From the NCBI GenBank assembly GCA_905210855.1, contig CAJLYL010000001.1, positions 1,641 through 65,640 on the forward strand: a DNA stretch of 64,000 nt, written 5' to 3'. How positions within the stretch are numbered: position 1 is the stretch's first letter; each line of letters opens with the position of its first letter. Shown here in pieces: positions 1 to 8,800 of the stretch. The stretch comes from an uncultured Clostridia bacterium. GTDB taxonomy: Bacteria > Bacillota > Clostridia > UMGS1810. A model generated the notes under the pieces. That model saw nothing but the letters and a program-made list of their open reading frames with translations, was not told where the DNA came from and made no database searches. A program made the position numbers and the translations under genes.

Positions 1-531
1 CTCTATGCTGCGCGCATATTCCACCAGGCGCTTAACCACATCGAAATTGAGCAGCGGCTCGCCGCCGAAAAAGTCAACTTCGAGGTTGTGCCTCGTGCCC
101 GAATTTTCTATGAGAAAATCCAGCGCGCGTTTGCCCGTCTCATAGCTCATGAGGGCGCTCTCACCGTGGTATCTGCCCTGACCGGCAAAGCAGTAGGAGC
201 AGGTAAGATTGCACGAATGGGCAATGTGCAGGCACAGCGCCTTGATGACCCCCGCGGTCTTTGCCTTGAGTGCGCCTGCCATGGGTTCAAAGCCGTCCTG
301 CACAAAAAGCTTGCCGGCGTCCTTAAGCTCGGACACTGCTTCATAGCACTCGGCTATTTCCTCATGGGGTATGTCGGGATATTTTGCCGCGATGTCTGCT
401 ATGACGGTATCCCTCGGCGAGCCTTCAAATGCGGCGATTATGTCGTAGCCTATGTCGTCTACCGCATGAATCGAGCCGGAGCAGATGTCAAGCACGATGT
501 TGTAATCGGCAAATTTGTATTGATGAATCAT
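1..531 (-). CDS. scfB: Radical SAM/SPASM SCIFF peptide maturase, N-terminal 177 aa only (gene runs off the left edge)
   Basis: Own reverse-strand translation from ATG at 531-529: MIHQYKFADYNIVLDICSGSIHAVDD...CLHIAHSCNLTCSYCFAG...DFFGGEPLLNF. It has the CxxxCxxC radical-SAM motif and lies downstream of a SCIFF precursor. It is absent from the ORF track because it has no stop in the window. The + ORF 88..537 is its antisense shadow. Confidence 0.85.
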   Translation of the reverse strand, partial: MIHQYKFADYNIVLDICSGSIHAVDDIGYDIIAAFEGSPRDTVIADIAAKYPDIPHEEIAECYEAVSELKDAGKLFVQDGFEPMAGALKAKTAGVIKALCLHIAHSCNLTCSYCFAGQGRYHGESALMSYETGKRALDFLIENSGTRHNLEVDFFGGEPLLNFDVVKRLVEYARSIE

Positions 532-597
532 TGGTAAATCTCCTTGTTATAGGGTTTGTTTTTCGGCGAATTGGTACATCACCTCAGTCGGCTTTTT

Positions 598-633
598 CAA
601 ACACATTATTTTTTATAAAAAATAATGTGTTTG
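598..633. repeat. Perfect 36-bp palindrome in the scfA-scfB spacer
   Basis: caaacacattattttttataaaaaataatgtgtttg, paired by hand base by base (18-bp arms, no spacer). Confidence 0.9.
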
Positions 634-749
634 CGCCGCCAGCTCCCCTTGCATAGGGGGGCCTTTCTCTCGAGTGTTTAATCAAAAAAATTGCAAGATA
701 ATATGCAAACGGATTTTTGAAACTTTTGAAAATTCCGAATTTCCGTGGG

Positions 750-898
750 GCTCCCCTGTGCAAGGGGAGCTGTCAGGATGATTAATAATCATCCTGACTG
801 AGGGGATGTAAAACGGTGCATATAACGTCCTTTTTGCTTAGGCAAACGAGACTCTCGAACCAATACGGGTTCGGGTCCCGCTTGCCTAAGCAAAAAGG
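750..898. repeat. Three consecutive stem-loops in the scfA-scfB spacer
   Basis: 8-bp stem gctcccct/aggggagc (750-770). 27-bp palindrome gtcaggatgatta-a-taatcatcctgac (772-798). 17-bp stem cctttttgcttaggcaa/ttgcctaagcaaaaagg (829-845 with 882-898) around a 36-nt loop. Confidence 0.85.
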
Positions 899-920
899 AG
901 TGCTGCCGAAGCAACACTCC
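892..920 (-). terminator. Rho-independent terminator or attenuator just after scfA
   Basis: On the minus strand the stem is ggagtgttgc-ttcg-gcagcactcc (10 positions, one mismatch), followed by TTTTT (A-run 892-896 on the + strand). It starts 12 nt after the scfA stop. Read-through is needed to express scfB. Confidence 0.6.
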
Positions 921-932
921 CGAATGTTTTTG

Positions 933-1091
933 TTATCTTTCTTCCTTTGCTTCCTTGTTTTCGCAAGCCTGGTTAGCTATGCCGCAGCTTGTTTTGCAGG
1001 CTGACTGACAAGATGTCTGGCACTCGCCGCAGCCGCCGTTTTTAGCGCTGTCACAAAGATTGCGTGTTTCAATGGTATTGATATGCTTCAT
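933..1091 (-). CDS. scfA: SCIFF (six-cysteine-in-forty-five) ranthipeptide precursor, 52 aa
   Basis: Hand translation: MKHINTIETRNLCDSAKNGGCGECQTSCQSACKTSCGIANQACENKEAKEER*. The GGCGECQTSCQSACKTSC core is the SCIFF signature. A GGAGG RBS lies 7-8 nt upstream. The ORF is below the 60-aa cut-off of the ORF track. Confidence 0.9.
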   Translation of the reverse strand: MKHINTIETRNLCDSAKNGGCGECQTSCQSACKTSCGIANQACENKEAKEER

Positions 1092-1125
1092 TTTATGTAA
1101 CCTCCAAAAATAATTATCTTAATAT

Positions 1126-1154
1126 ATTATATCACACCGCTGCCCGGTTGTCAA
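1126..1154 (-). promoter_or_regulatory. Sigma-A type promoter for scfA
   Basis: Minus strand reads TTGACA (1154-1149), a 17-nt spacer, then TGaTATAAT (extended -10, hexamer 1131-1126), about 35 nt upstream of the scfA ATG. Confidence 0.6.
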
Positions 1155-1191
1155 TCGCATGGGCTAACATTGTGGATTTTTGACGTGAAAA

Positions 1192-2493
1192 TCACACAAG
1201 ACTCGGCTCTTTTTTGGAAGCGGACTCACCGCCCTCTTCCTCTGTCCGGCAAACCGTCAGTCTTATCTGCACGGCGCGCCTTCCGTCCACCCCGGTGACC
1301 TTAACCGACAGGTTTTCGTATTTGAACTCATCGCCTATTTCGGGCACTTTGCCTATGTTGTCGATAACCCATCCGTTGACGGTTGCATTGTCGTCGAGAA
1401 CTTCGTCGTCAAATTTGCATATATCCTCCAGCTCATTCATGGAGGTGCCGCCGTTGATAAGAAATGTGCCGTCGCCGATTTTTTTGACATTTTCCACGAC
1501 CTCGTCGTGCTCATCCCATATCTCGCCGACGAGACCCTCGAGCACATCCTCCAGTGTGACAAGACCGGCGGTGCCGCCGTATTCATCCACCACTATCGCC
1601 ATGTGAGTTTTGGCTGACTGAAATTCGCGCAGGAGCTTTGAGATTTTCATGCCCTCCGTTATGCAGAAAACATCATGTATCGCCCCGGAAAAGTCGGATA
1701 TCCCGTCATATGAAATGCGGTTAAAATCCTTTTCGTGAATAACCCCGATTATATTGTCAATGTTGTCGCGATATACCGGCAAACGCGAAAAACCGTTTTC
1801 TCTGAAAACCTGTGCAACCTCATCGACAGACGCGTCTGCCGACACTGCCACAATGTCAACCCTCGGCGTGAGTATAGCCTCCGCCTCGAGGTCGTTAAAC
1901 TCTATGGCGCTTTTAATCAGGTCGCCCTCGTGCTCGTCTATTCCGCCGCCTATCTGCGCTTCCTCAACCATGGTCATAATCTCGTCCTCGGTTATGGACA
2001 GCGACTCGTCGTGCTTGAATATCTTTGCCAAAAATCTGCGCCACAGGGTAAACAGCGCCGTCAGCGGTGTGAACACAATCATGAGCAGCCGCACTATGCC
2101 GACGGTTTTCAGTGTGTATCTGTCGGCAAAATCCTTTGCGAGAATTTTCGGCGAAATCTCTCCGAAAATAAGGATTACAACTGTCATTACCACTGTCGAT
2201 ACGGTTGCCGCAAGGCTTTGGTTGCCTTTTACAAACGACGCGAAAAACAGTGTTGCTATCGTTGACGCGGTGATGTTCACAATGTTGTTGCCGACAAGCA
2301 TTGTAGAGAGAAATTTTTCGTAGTTCTCGTCAACCGCCAAAACCGCGGCTGCTCTCTTGTTGCCGTCCTGTGCAAGTGTTTTCATGCGCGTTTTGCCAAA
2401 GCTCGTAAACGCGGTTTCCGTTCCGGAAAAAAATGCAGACAACGCCACCAAACACACAAGTGCCGCAATCTGCGTACTACCGGCAGGATCCAT
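1192..2493 (-). CDS. CNNM/CorC-HlyC family transporter (DUF21 + tandem CBS + CorC_HlyC)
   Basis: 433-aa ORF. The N-terminal TM region has the SGTETAFTS motif, the middle is CBS-like, and the C-terminus is the typical transporter-associated domain (ENLSVKVTGVDGRRAVQIRL). Confidence 0.9.
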   Translation of the reverse strand: MDPAGSTQIAALVCLVALSAFFSGTETAFTSFGKTRMKTLAQDGNKRAAAVLAVDENYEKFLSTMLVGNNIVNITASTIATLFFASFVKGNQSLAATVSTVVMTVVILIFGEISPKILAKDFADRYTLKTVGIVRLLMIVFTPLTALFTLWRRFLAKIFKHDESLSITEDEIMTMVEEAQIGGGIDEHEGDLIKSAIEFNDLEAEAILTPRVDIVAVSADASVDEVAQVFRENGFSRLPVYRDNIDNIIGVIHEKDFNRISYDGISDFSGAIHDVFCITEGMKISKLLREFQSAKTHMAIVVDEYGGTAGLVTLEDVLEGLVGEIWDEHDEVVENVKKIGDGTFLINGGTSMNELEDICKFDDEVLDDNATVNGWVIDNIGKVPEIGDEFKYENLSVKVTGVDGRRAVQIRLTVCRTEEEGGESASKKEPSLV

Positions 2494-2749
2494 TTAATTA
2501 CCAACTCCTTAAAAATTTAATTAATTTTTATAATTGTATCATATCCGCGCGGAAAATTCAAGTATTTTTGCATTAAAATTCTATTTTGCGAACATTTTAT
2601 GTAAAATCAATAATGTGAAAAAAACTTTTTTGCCGTATCTGACAAATTTTCTGCTTTGACTGCAAACGGCATTTACTTATCTGCAAATTTATGCTATATT
2701 AGTACATATAATTGATGAAGGAATATTTACGGAAGGACGGTAGATTTTT

Positions 2750-4639
2750 ATGAAATTCAAGAAAATTATCTGCGCGGCTGTCAGCGGCGCAATGCTGCTC
2801 ACTGCGGCATATATCCCTGCGGTCGGCGCATGGTCGGTCTATGACCGCGGCTACGGTGCGCAGGATTATGAGCAGAGCAGGACGGCAGTTACGGACGACA
2901 CGGTGCAGATGCGAGAGAAGGACGACCCCAATGATGTGACATCGCTGCTCTATACCGTCCGCGACGACGGCACTGCAATGATTACGGGATACTCGGGCAA
3001 ATTTTTCAGCGAGGATTTGCAGCTGGAGTTTAATATCCCGTCCGAGATAAACGGGCACACCGTTGCGGCAATCGGCGATGGTGCTCTGCGTGACGGCGCC
3101 GCAAAAATCGTGGGCATAACACTGCCGGACACGGTTAAGGAAATCGGCGTTGATGCGATTTACGGAAGATACTTAAAATATCTCAAGCTCAACGACGGGC
3201 TCGAGGTAATAAAGAATTTTGCCGTAAACTGCGGCGACGGGCTTGATACTCTCGTTATTCCCGAGAGTGTGAAGTATATCGGCGACGAGGCAATCAGCGG
3301 AAAAGCGCTGAAAAACATAACGCTTCCGTCTGACCTTGAGTACATGGGCAAGAGGATATTCCACGGCTCGGCATATGACGCGGACGCTAATAACCGCGTA
3401 GACGGAATTCAGTATAACGGTCAGTACCTCATAGCCGGCATAAGGATTGGCTATGCCGAGGAGGATACAGCCGACCCGTCGGCGCCGACAACAAACAGGC
3501 AGATTCACGAGTGGGGAGCGACGGGCGACATAGCAATCCGCGAGGGCACAACGGTGATGGGTGCGGATTCCTTCGGAATGTCGGATATCACGTCCGTGCA
3601 GCTGCCGTCAACCCTGAAATCGATTCCGTATCTCGGTTTTTATTGGTGCAAAAATCTTGACAACGTGGTGATTCCGGGCAATGTTAAGGAAATCGGCGAC
3701 TATGCCTTTTCGTGGTGCGAGAATCTAAAAAGCCTCACGATATCCGAGGGTGTGGAGCACATAGGAGAGGGGGCATTCTTCCGCTGCAACAATCTTAACG
3801 AGGTCACCGTTCCGAAGAGTGTAACGCAGATAGATATGCAAGCTTTCGGCTGGGATTATGTAAACGACTATGATGTGCGAAACGAAAATCTTGTGATAAA
3901 ATGTTACAGCGGCACGGCGGCGGAGCAGTATGCAAGAGACAACGGCTTCAGGTGCGTGTTGCTCGACACGGGCGAGACAGTGGACGGCGGCGAACCCACC
4001 GCAGCGGCAGACAGCAGATTCACCTGTGAGGAAAAAGGTGACAGCTGCGCCGTAAGGAGATTCAGAGATATAAAAAGCGCGGAGGGTGACGCGAACCACA
4101 GCGGAATTGAATTTTGCCTTGACAACGGCATAATGACCGGCACGGGAGCGGACAGCTTTGAGCCGGACGGCAGCATCACGAGAGCGCAGTTTGCAACTAT
4201 GTTCTACCGCCTTGCGGCTCAGCCGGAAGTGGGCGTGGATTCCGCATTTACCGACCTCAGTGAGGACTGGTACAAAAAACCCGTCGCGTGGGCGGCGGCA
4301 AACGGCATCATCAACGGTACCGGCGGCACAAACTTCTCTCCCTACGATACTGTTACGCGCGAGCAGATTGCGACGATATTCTATCGCTATGCGCAGTCAA
4401 ACGGGTTTGATGTGACGGTCAGTGATGAGGATGTCTCATCTGCGATCGGCGGTTACAGCGACTTTGCGGATATATCGGATTATGCTCGGATTCCCGTTGC
4501 ATGGTGCTTTGGCAAAAACGTCATGTTCCTGTGCTCGCTTGACGGTTACGAATATGCCGTTAATCCGAAGGCAGCGCCGACGAGAGCCGAGACTGCAACG
4601 ATGTTTTACAAATTCTCTTATTTGCTGAACAACAACTGA
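2750..4639 (+). CDS. Secreted BspA-type leucine-rich-repeat protein with three C-terminal SLH motifs
   Basis: Signal peptide MKFKKIICAAVSGAMLLTAAYIPAVGA. Repeated I.LP..V..IG..AF units. The C-terminus has SLH-like segments (SFEPDGSITRAQFATMFYRL, NFSPYDTVTREQIATIFYRY, NPKAAPTRAETATMFYKF). Confidence 0.85.
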   Translation: MKFKKIICAAVSGAMLLTAAYIPAVGAWSVYDRGYGAQDYEQSRTAVTDDTVQMREKDDPNDVTSLLYTVRDDGTAMITGYSGKFFSEDLQLEFNIPSEINGHTVAAIGDGALRDGAAKIVGITLPDTVKEIGVDAIYGRYLKYLKLNDGLEVIKNFAVNCGDGLDTLVIPESVKYIGDEAISGKALKNITLPSDLEYMGKRIFHGSAYDADANNRVDGIQYNGQYLIAGIRIGYAEEDTADPSAPTTNRQIHEWGATGDIAIREGTTVMGADSFGMSDITSVQLPSTLKSIPYLGFYWCKNLDNVVIPGNVKEIGDYAFSWCENLKSLTISEGVEHIGEGAFFRCNNLNEVTVPKSVTQIDMQAFGWDYVNDYDVRNENLVIKCYSGTAAEQYARDNGFRCVLLDTGETVDGGEPTAAADSRFTCEEKGDSCAVRRFRDIKSAEGDANHSGIEFCLDNGIMTGTGADSFEPDGSITRAQFATMFYRLAAQPEVGVDSAFTDLSEDWYKKPVAWAAANGIINGTGGTNFSPYDTVTREQIATIFYRYAQSNGFDVTVSDEDVSSAIGGYSDFADISDYARIPVAWCFGKNVMFLCSLDGYEYAVNPKAAPTRAETATMFYKFSYLLNNN

Positions 4640-4770
4640 AAACCGGTCTTAGCACATTCCCTGCAATCTGCAGCCGTTTTTGCGGCAAAATGCGGCAATT
4701 GCACAAAGGCGAATCGGTTCACTCAAATTAAATACACACCTGCTCGTCTTTTGACAAATTACAGCTTATG

Positions 4771-4804
4771 AAAAAGGCTCCCCGATGCATGGGGAGTCTT
4801 TTTT
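4771..4804. terminator. Bidirectional rho-independent terminator
   Basis: aaaaa-ggctcccc-gatgcat-ggggagtc-tttttt. The 8-bp stem (one G.U pair) is flanked by an A-run and a T-run, between the convergent 2750..4639 (+) gene and the minus-strand genes. Confidence 0.7.
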
Positions 4805-4858
4805 GCAATTTTTTGCAATATGATTATTTGTGACGGGAGTTGGTTGGCGGCGAAAACA

Positions 4859-5080
4859 CTAAGCTTTTATCGTCACCGTGAACACGGTGCCGTCGGCTTC
4901 ATCGGCGCGCACGGTGATTTCTCCGCCCATCAGCTCGGTAAGATTTTTGACAATCGCGAGCCCGAGCCCGTGGCTGCCGTCCTCGCTGCGCGCTTTGTCC
5001 GAGCGGTAGAACCGCTCAAAAATATGCCCGATGTCCTTCTCGGATATCACCGCGGTTTTGCTTGCAGCGTATATCAACAC
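4859..5080 (-). pseudogene. Relic of a sensor histidine kinase (last ~70 aa of the HATPase_c domain only)
   Basis: The translation IFERFYRSDKARSEDGSHGLGLAIVKNLTELMGGEITVRADEADGTVFTVTIKA is the G2-box/C-terminal end of an HK. There is no HisKA, N-box, sensor or TM part, and the trhA stop lies 6 nt upstream. Confidence 0.7.
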
Positions 5081-5086
5081 GTCTGC

Positions 5087-5728
5087 TTACATGAAGCAAT
5101 AAAACAGCATAAAGAAATAGTGCAGCACCGTGCCGGCGAGCACAAATATATGCCACACAAAATGCATATATTTCCTCCGCGCTTTATAGAAGATTATGCC
5201 TGCGGTGTAAGCCGCGCCGCCGCCTACAAGCAGCGCTATGCCTGCGGCATCGACAGCCGATATCACCGACTTTGCACCTATGAGCACCGACCAGCCCATG
5301 ATGACGTAAAGCACAACGGACGGCTTGCTCCACCGCTCCAGATTAATGCTGTTGAACACTATGCCCAGCACGGTGCAAAATGCGTTTATGCCAAACAAAG
5401 TCCAGCCGAGCGCACCGCCTATGAGCACAAGGCAAATGGGAATGTAGCTGCCCATTATGAGTATGAATATGGAGCAGTGGTCAAATACCCTGAACACACG
5501 CTTTGCGCTCCTGTTGGTGAGCGAATGATACAGCGTGGAAAACAGGTAGAGCAGAATCATTGACGCTCCGTAGAGCGATGCACTGACGACGGTTATCGCC
5601 GTGCCGTGGATTGCCGCCGTGACTATTGCCACCGCTGCGCCGGCTATGGCGAGCAGCTCGCCTATCCCGTGCGACACCGCGTTGGCTATCTCTTCACCTA
5701 TTGATTGCATCCTTTTTGTAACCGACAT
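5087..5728 (-). CDS. trhA: Hemolysin III / PAQR family membrane protein
   Basis: Seven-TM protein with the motifs EEIANAVSHGIG, LYHS and DHCSIF. The start was moved to MSVTKRMQS (ATG 5728-5726) because a GAGGTG RBS lies 9 nt upstream. The longest ORF starts at 5815. Confidence 0.88.
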   Translation of the reverse strand: MSVTKRMQSIGEEIANAVSHGIGELLAIAGAAVAIVTAAIHGTAITVVSASLYGASMILLYLFSTLYHSLTNRSAKRVFRVFDHCSIFILIMGSYIPICLVLIGGALGWTLFGINAFCTVLGIVFNSINLERWSKPSVVLYVIMGWSVLIGAKSVISAVDAAGIALLVGGGAAYTAGIIFYKARRKYMHFVWHIFVLAGTVLHYFFMLFYCFM

Positions 5729-5816
5729 TTTGTATAGCACCTCACATTTTGGGATTTTATTATTATCACATCTCGTATTCAATACTATGTTACCACATTT
5801 TTGTGTTTGTGTCAAT

Positions 5817-5863
5817 AGTAAAAGCGCGGCAAAACGAAAATGTTTTGCCGCGCTTTGTTTTTT
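5817..5863. terminator. Stem-loop terminator after the giant surface-protein gene
   Basis: aaagcgcggcaaaac-gaaaat-gttttgccgcgcttt (15-bp stem) with T-rich tracts on both sides. It begins 14 nt beyond the stop of 5870..14995. Confidence 0.6.
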
Positions 5864-5869
5864 AATCTC

Positions 5870-8800
5870 TTACTTATTAAATTCGATAAGTCTTTTGATT
5901 ATCTCCGCGGTTTCCGCCCTTGTGGCGTTGTCCGACGGGTTGACTGTCGAAGCCGTCTTGCCTTTTATGAGTCCGCTGCCCACAGCGTATTGCAGTGAGG
6001 GGATTGCATATTCCGATATGTCGGCATAATCCGCATATGACAGAATGTTGGTGTTGTCGCCGACAGTTGTGTCATATCCCTTGAAGTCTGCATATCTGTG
6101 CATTATGGCTGCAATCTGCTCGCGCAGGATGTTGTCGTCGGGCGCAAACTCGGTTGCCGAGTAGCCCTTTACGATGCCCTCGCTCGCCGCCCAGCGCACC
6201 GCCTCGGCGTAATATTCGCCCTCGGCTACGTCGTCAAACGGCATTATGAGGTTAACCTGAGGTTTGCCCTCGGCTCTCCAGAGGATTGTGACAAGCATTG
6301 CGCGTGTCACGCTGCTGTCCGGGTCGAACTCATCTGTTTCCGTACCGCTCATGAGCGAATTTTCGTTTGCGTACTTAACCGCGTCAAAGAACCAATCGTC
6401 AGCCTTTACATCGCCGAAGGGGTTGTTCCATTCGGGCGTTTCCGCCGTCTTTTCATTCCATTTTGCATAGAGCGTGAAGCTTCTTGCAACCTTCTGCGCA
6501 AAATCGTATTTCTCGGTCAGTTCCTTGTCGGTGTACCAGCCGTCAAAGTCGAATCCGTCCTTGGTGGGAGCGGTCGGCTCTTTTACAGTCTCGCCCTTGG
6601 CAGATTTAACGCTGTCTACCTTGCTGCCGCCGTTGGAATCAAAGCTTACGGTGAAGCCGCCCGATGACGAGCCGCTACTGCCGCCACCGCCTGCACGTGT
6701 AAACTCTGTCGAGATTACCACTGCCGAGTCGGCGTCCGCAACGGTATATTTGCCGTTTGTGATTGCATTGCCGTTTACCTTGATTGCATAGGTGCGATAT
6801 CCGCTGTTCGGGGTCGCCGTTACCGTCAGCTCGTCGCCTGCTTTAACCGCGCTGCCGTCAGAGAGCGTTTCGTCGCCGCGTTTAACCGTGAGCGTTCCGT
6901 TTGCCGCCGTCTTTACAGTGAGCGGAACTCCTTGTTCAACAGTGATTGAGGGGATGACGTCTTTCTTTATTCCCTCAAGCTTCACAGTGTAGCTTGCGTC
7001 GTCATTTTTCACTACGTCCACTGCATCCGCCGTGTCGTCGGGAATGTCAAACGCCGTTACCGTCTTGCCGTCCGCCGCCTTTACCGTGAACTGCGCGTCT
7101 CCGCGGTCGCGCACGGTTCTGTCAGCGTCCGTGCCGTAGTCGGACGGGGTTCTTGTGATGTCGGTGAGCATATAATCTGCCGAGTCGGACGGGAGTTTCC
7201 ACAGCCTGAGCTCTTCAAATTCTACTGTAACCTTTGTGTTTTCCAGTAGTTCAAGCTCAAACGTATTTGAAATCTCGTCCTTGACCTCGCCGTTAACAAT
7301 CCATTCCTTAACCATTTTGTCGCCGTCGGGAGCAGCAGTGAACACAAGCTTGCTGCCGCGCGCATGGCGCACAACTATGTTCGGCGTAATGCTTGTTTCG
7401 CCTTTTTTCGCGCTCACATCGCCGCCGTCCGTGCCCTCGGCAACGCCGTAGGTCAGGTCGTAGAACAGTGACGGAATGAACTGCGCGCCTACCGTCATGC
7501 TGCCGCTTACGGTTCGCACAAAGCTGTCTGCCGTCTCTGCCGCCGCGTCGTCCGTCCATGCATAGAACATATAGTTTGTGTCCGCAGCTGCGGTAAAGGT
7601 CACCTCGGTGCCCTCCTCAACCTCGGTCACGGGTTTGCCGCCGACTGTCGCGCTGATAGAGCCGTTTTCTGTCGGCAGCAGGGTTATTGTGTAAACCGTC
7701 TTTGCCTCCTTCTCGGTGAACTTAGCCACAAAGTCGGCGTCCGTCTCTGCCGTGAAGGTATATTCTGCCTCGGCGCCGTCTATCCTTGCGCCGTTTTCGT
7801 ACCAGCCCTCAAACTCATAGCCGAGCTCTGCCGCTGCGATGAGGGTTATGCTGTCGCCGTGCCTTACTACCGCCGGCAGACCGCTCACGCTTCCGTTTGC
7901 TTCGGCTGCCGCGGTGATGGCGAGCTGTTCTTTCTCAAGCTCGGCGCTCACCGTTGCGTCCGCCTCATCTGCGGTGAACACATAGGTCAGCCCGTTTTCA
8001 TCTGCAAGCGGAGAGCCGTTGAGCAGCCAGTTTTTGAGTACATAGTGCTCATCCGGCGTGAGGGTAAATTCCACCTCCGCGCCCGTCTCGGGTGTGCCGC
8101 CGCTCAGGAACTCCGTGCCCTCAGCGCTTGCGGTGATTGTTCCGCCGGTCGGCTGAGTAAATGTAAGCCTGCCCTTGCCCTCCTCAAACTGTACTTTAAC
8201 AGTCTTGTCGGAGAATGCTTTAATCTCATCATAGGTGAGCACAAGCGTGTTGCCTATGTCCGTCCTGACCTCGCCGTCAATTGTCCACTCCCTCACGCGG
8301 TATCCTTCTTCGGCAACCGCGGTAAGCGTTACTGTGCTGCCCTCGAATATTAACGTCTTAGCGTTTAGGGAGCCGGACGCGCTTGCGTTGTAGGCTTCCA
8401 TATTCTTGCGCTCGGATTTCTCGTTAAAGTAACCGTGATAACCCGATTCCGCATCGCCCTCGGTGTTGACTACCGAGAAGCCAAACTCAAGCGTTTCAAG
8501 GGCGCAGAATGAGATTTCTATGTTGCAGTCGGCATTGACCGACTTAAGCGTAAAGCTTGCGTCATCGCTGTTTTCCTCTGTTGTGAGTGCAACGGGTGCG
8601 CCGTTGAGCGTCACACTGTCTATTACATATTTATATTCCGGTTTTACCGTAACGGTGATATCCGTATCAAAATCAACATAATCGCCGCTTGCGATTGTCT
8701 CGGCAGCAAAATCCGCCGTACCTATCAGCTCCGCACTGCCGTTTCTGCCGACAGCTGCCGTGATTACAGGCTTCTTTGCAAACGTCACTTCAAGAGTTGT

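Noticed and set aside
88-537. 149-aa + strand ORF at the left edge
   Set aside because: It lies antisense to, and is fully covered by, the scfB N-terminus, which has a clear radical-SAM motif and context. The + strand translation has no recognisable motif and an Arg/Cys/Ala-skewed composition.
846-881. tRNA-like T-arm (cggg-ttcgggt-cccg) inside the 17-bp-stem hairpin
   Set aside because: The surrounding sequence cannot be folded into acceptor, D and anticodon arms. The 17-bp outer stem is incompatible with a tRNA, and position 58 of the would-be T-loop is G rather than A.
816-1004. 62-aa + strand ORF in the SCIFF region
   Set aside because: It overlaps the hairpin spacer and the antisense of scfA. 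It has no RBS and its sequence is low-complexity. The minus-strand SCIFF peptide explains the region.
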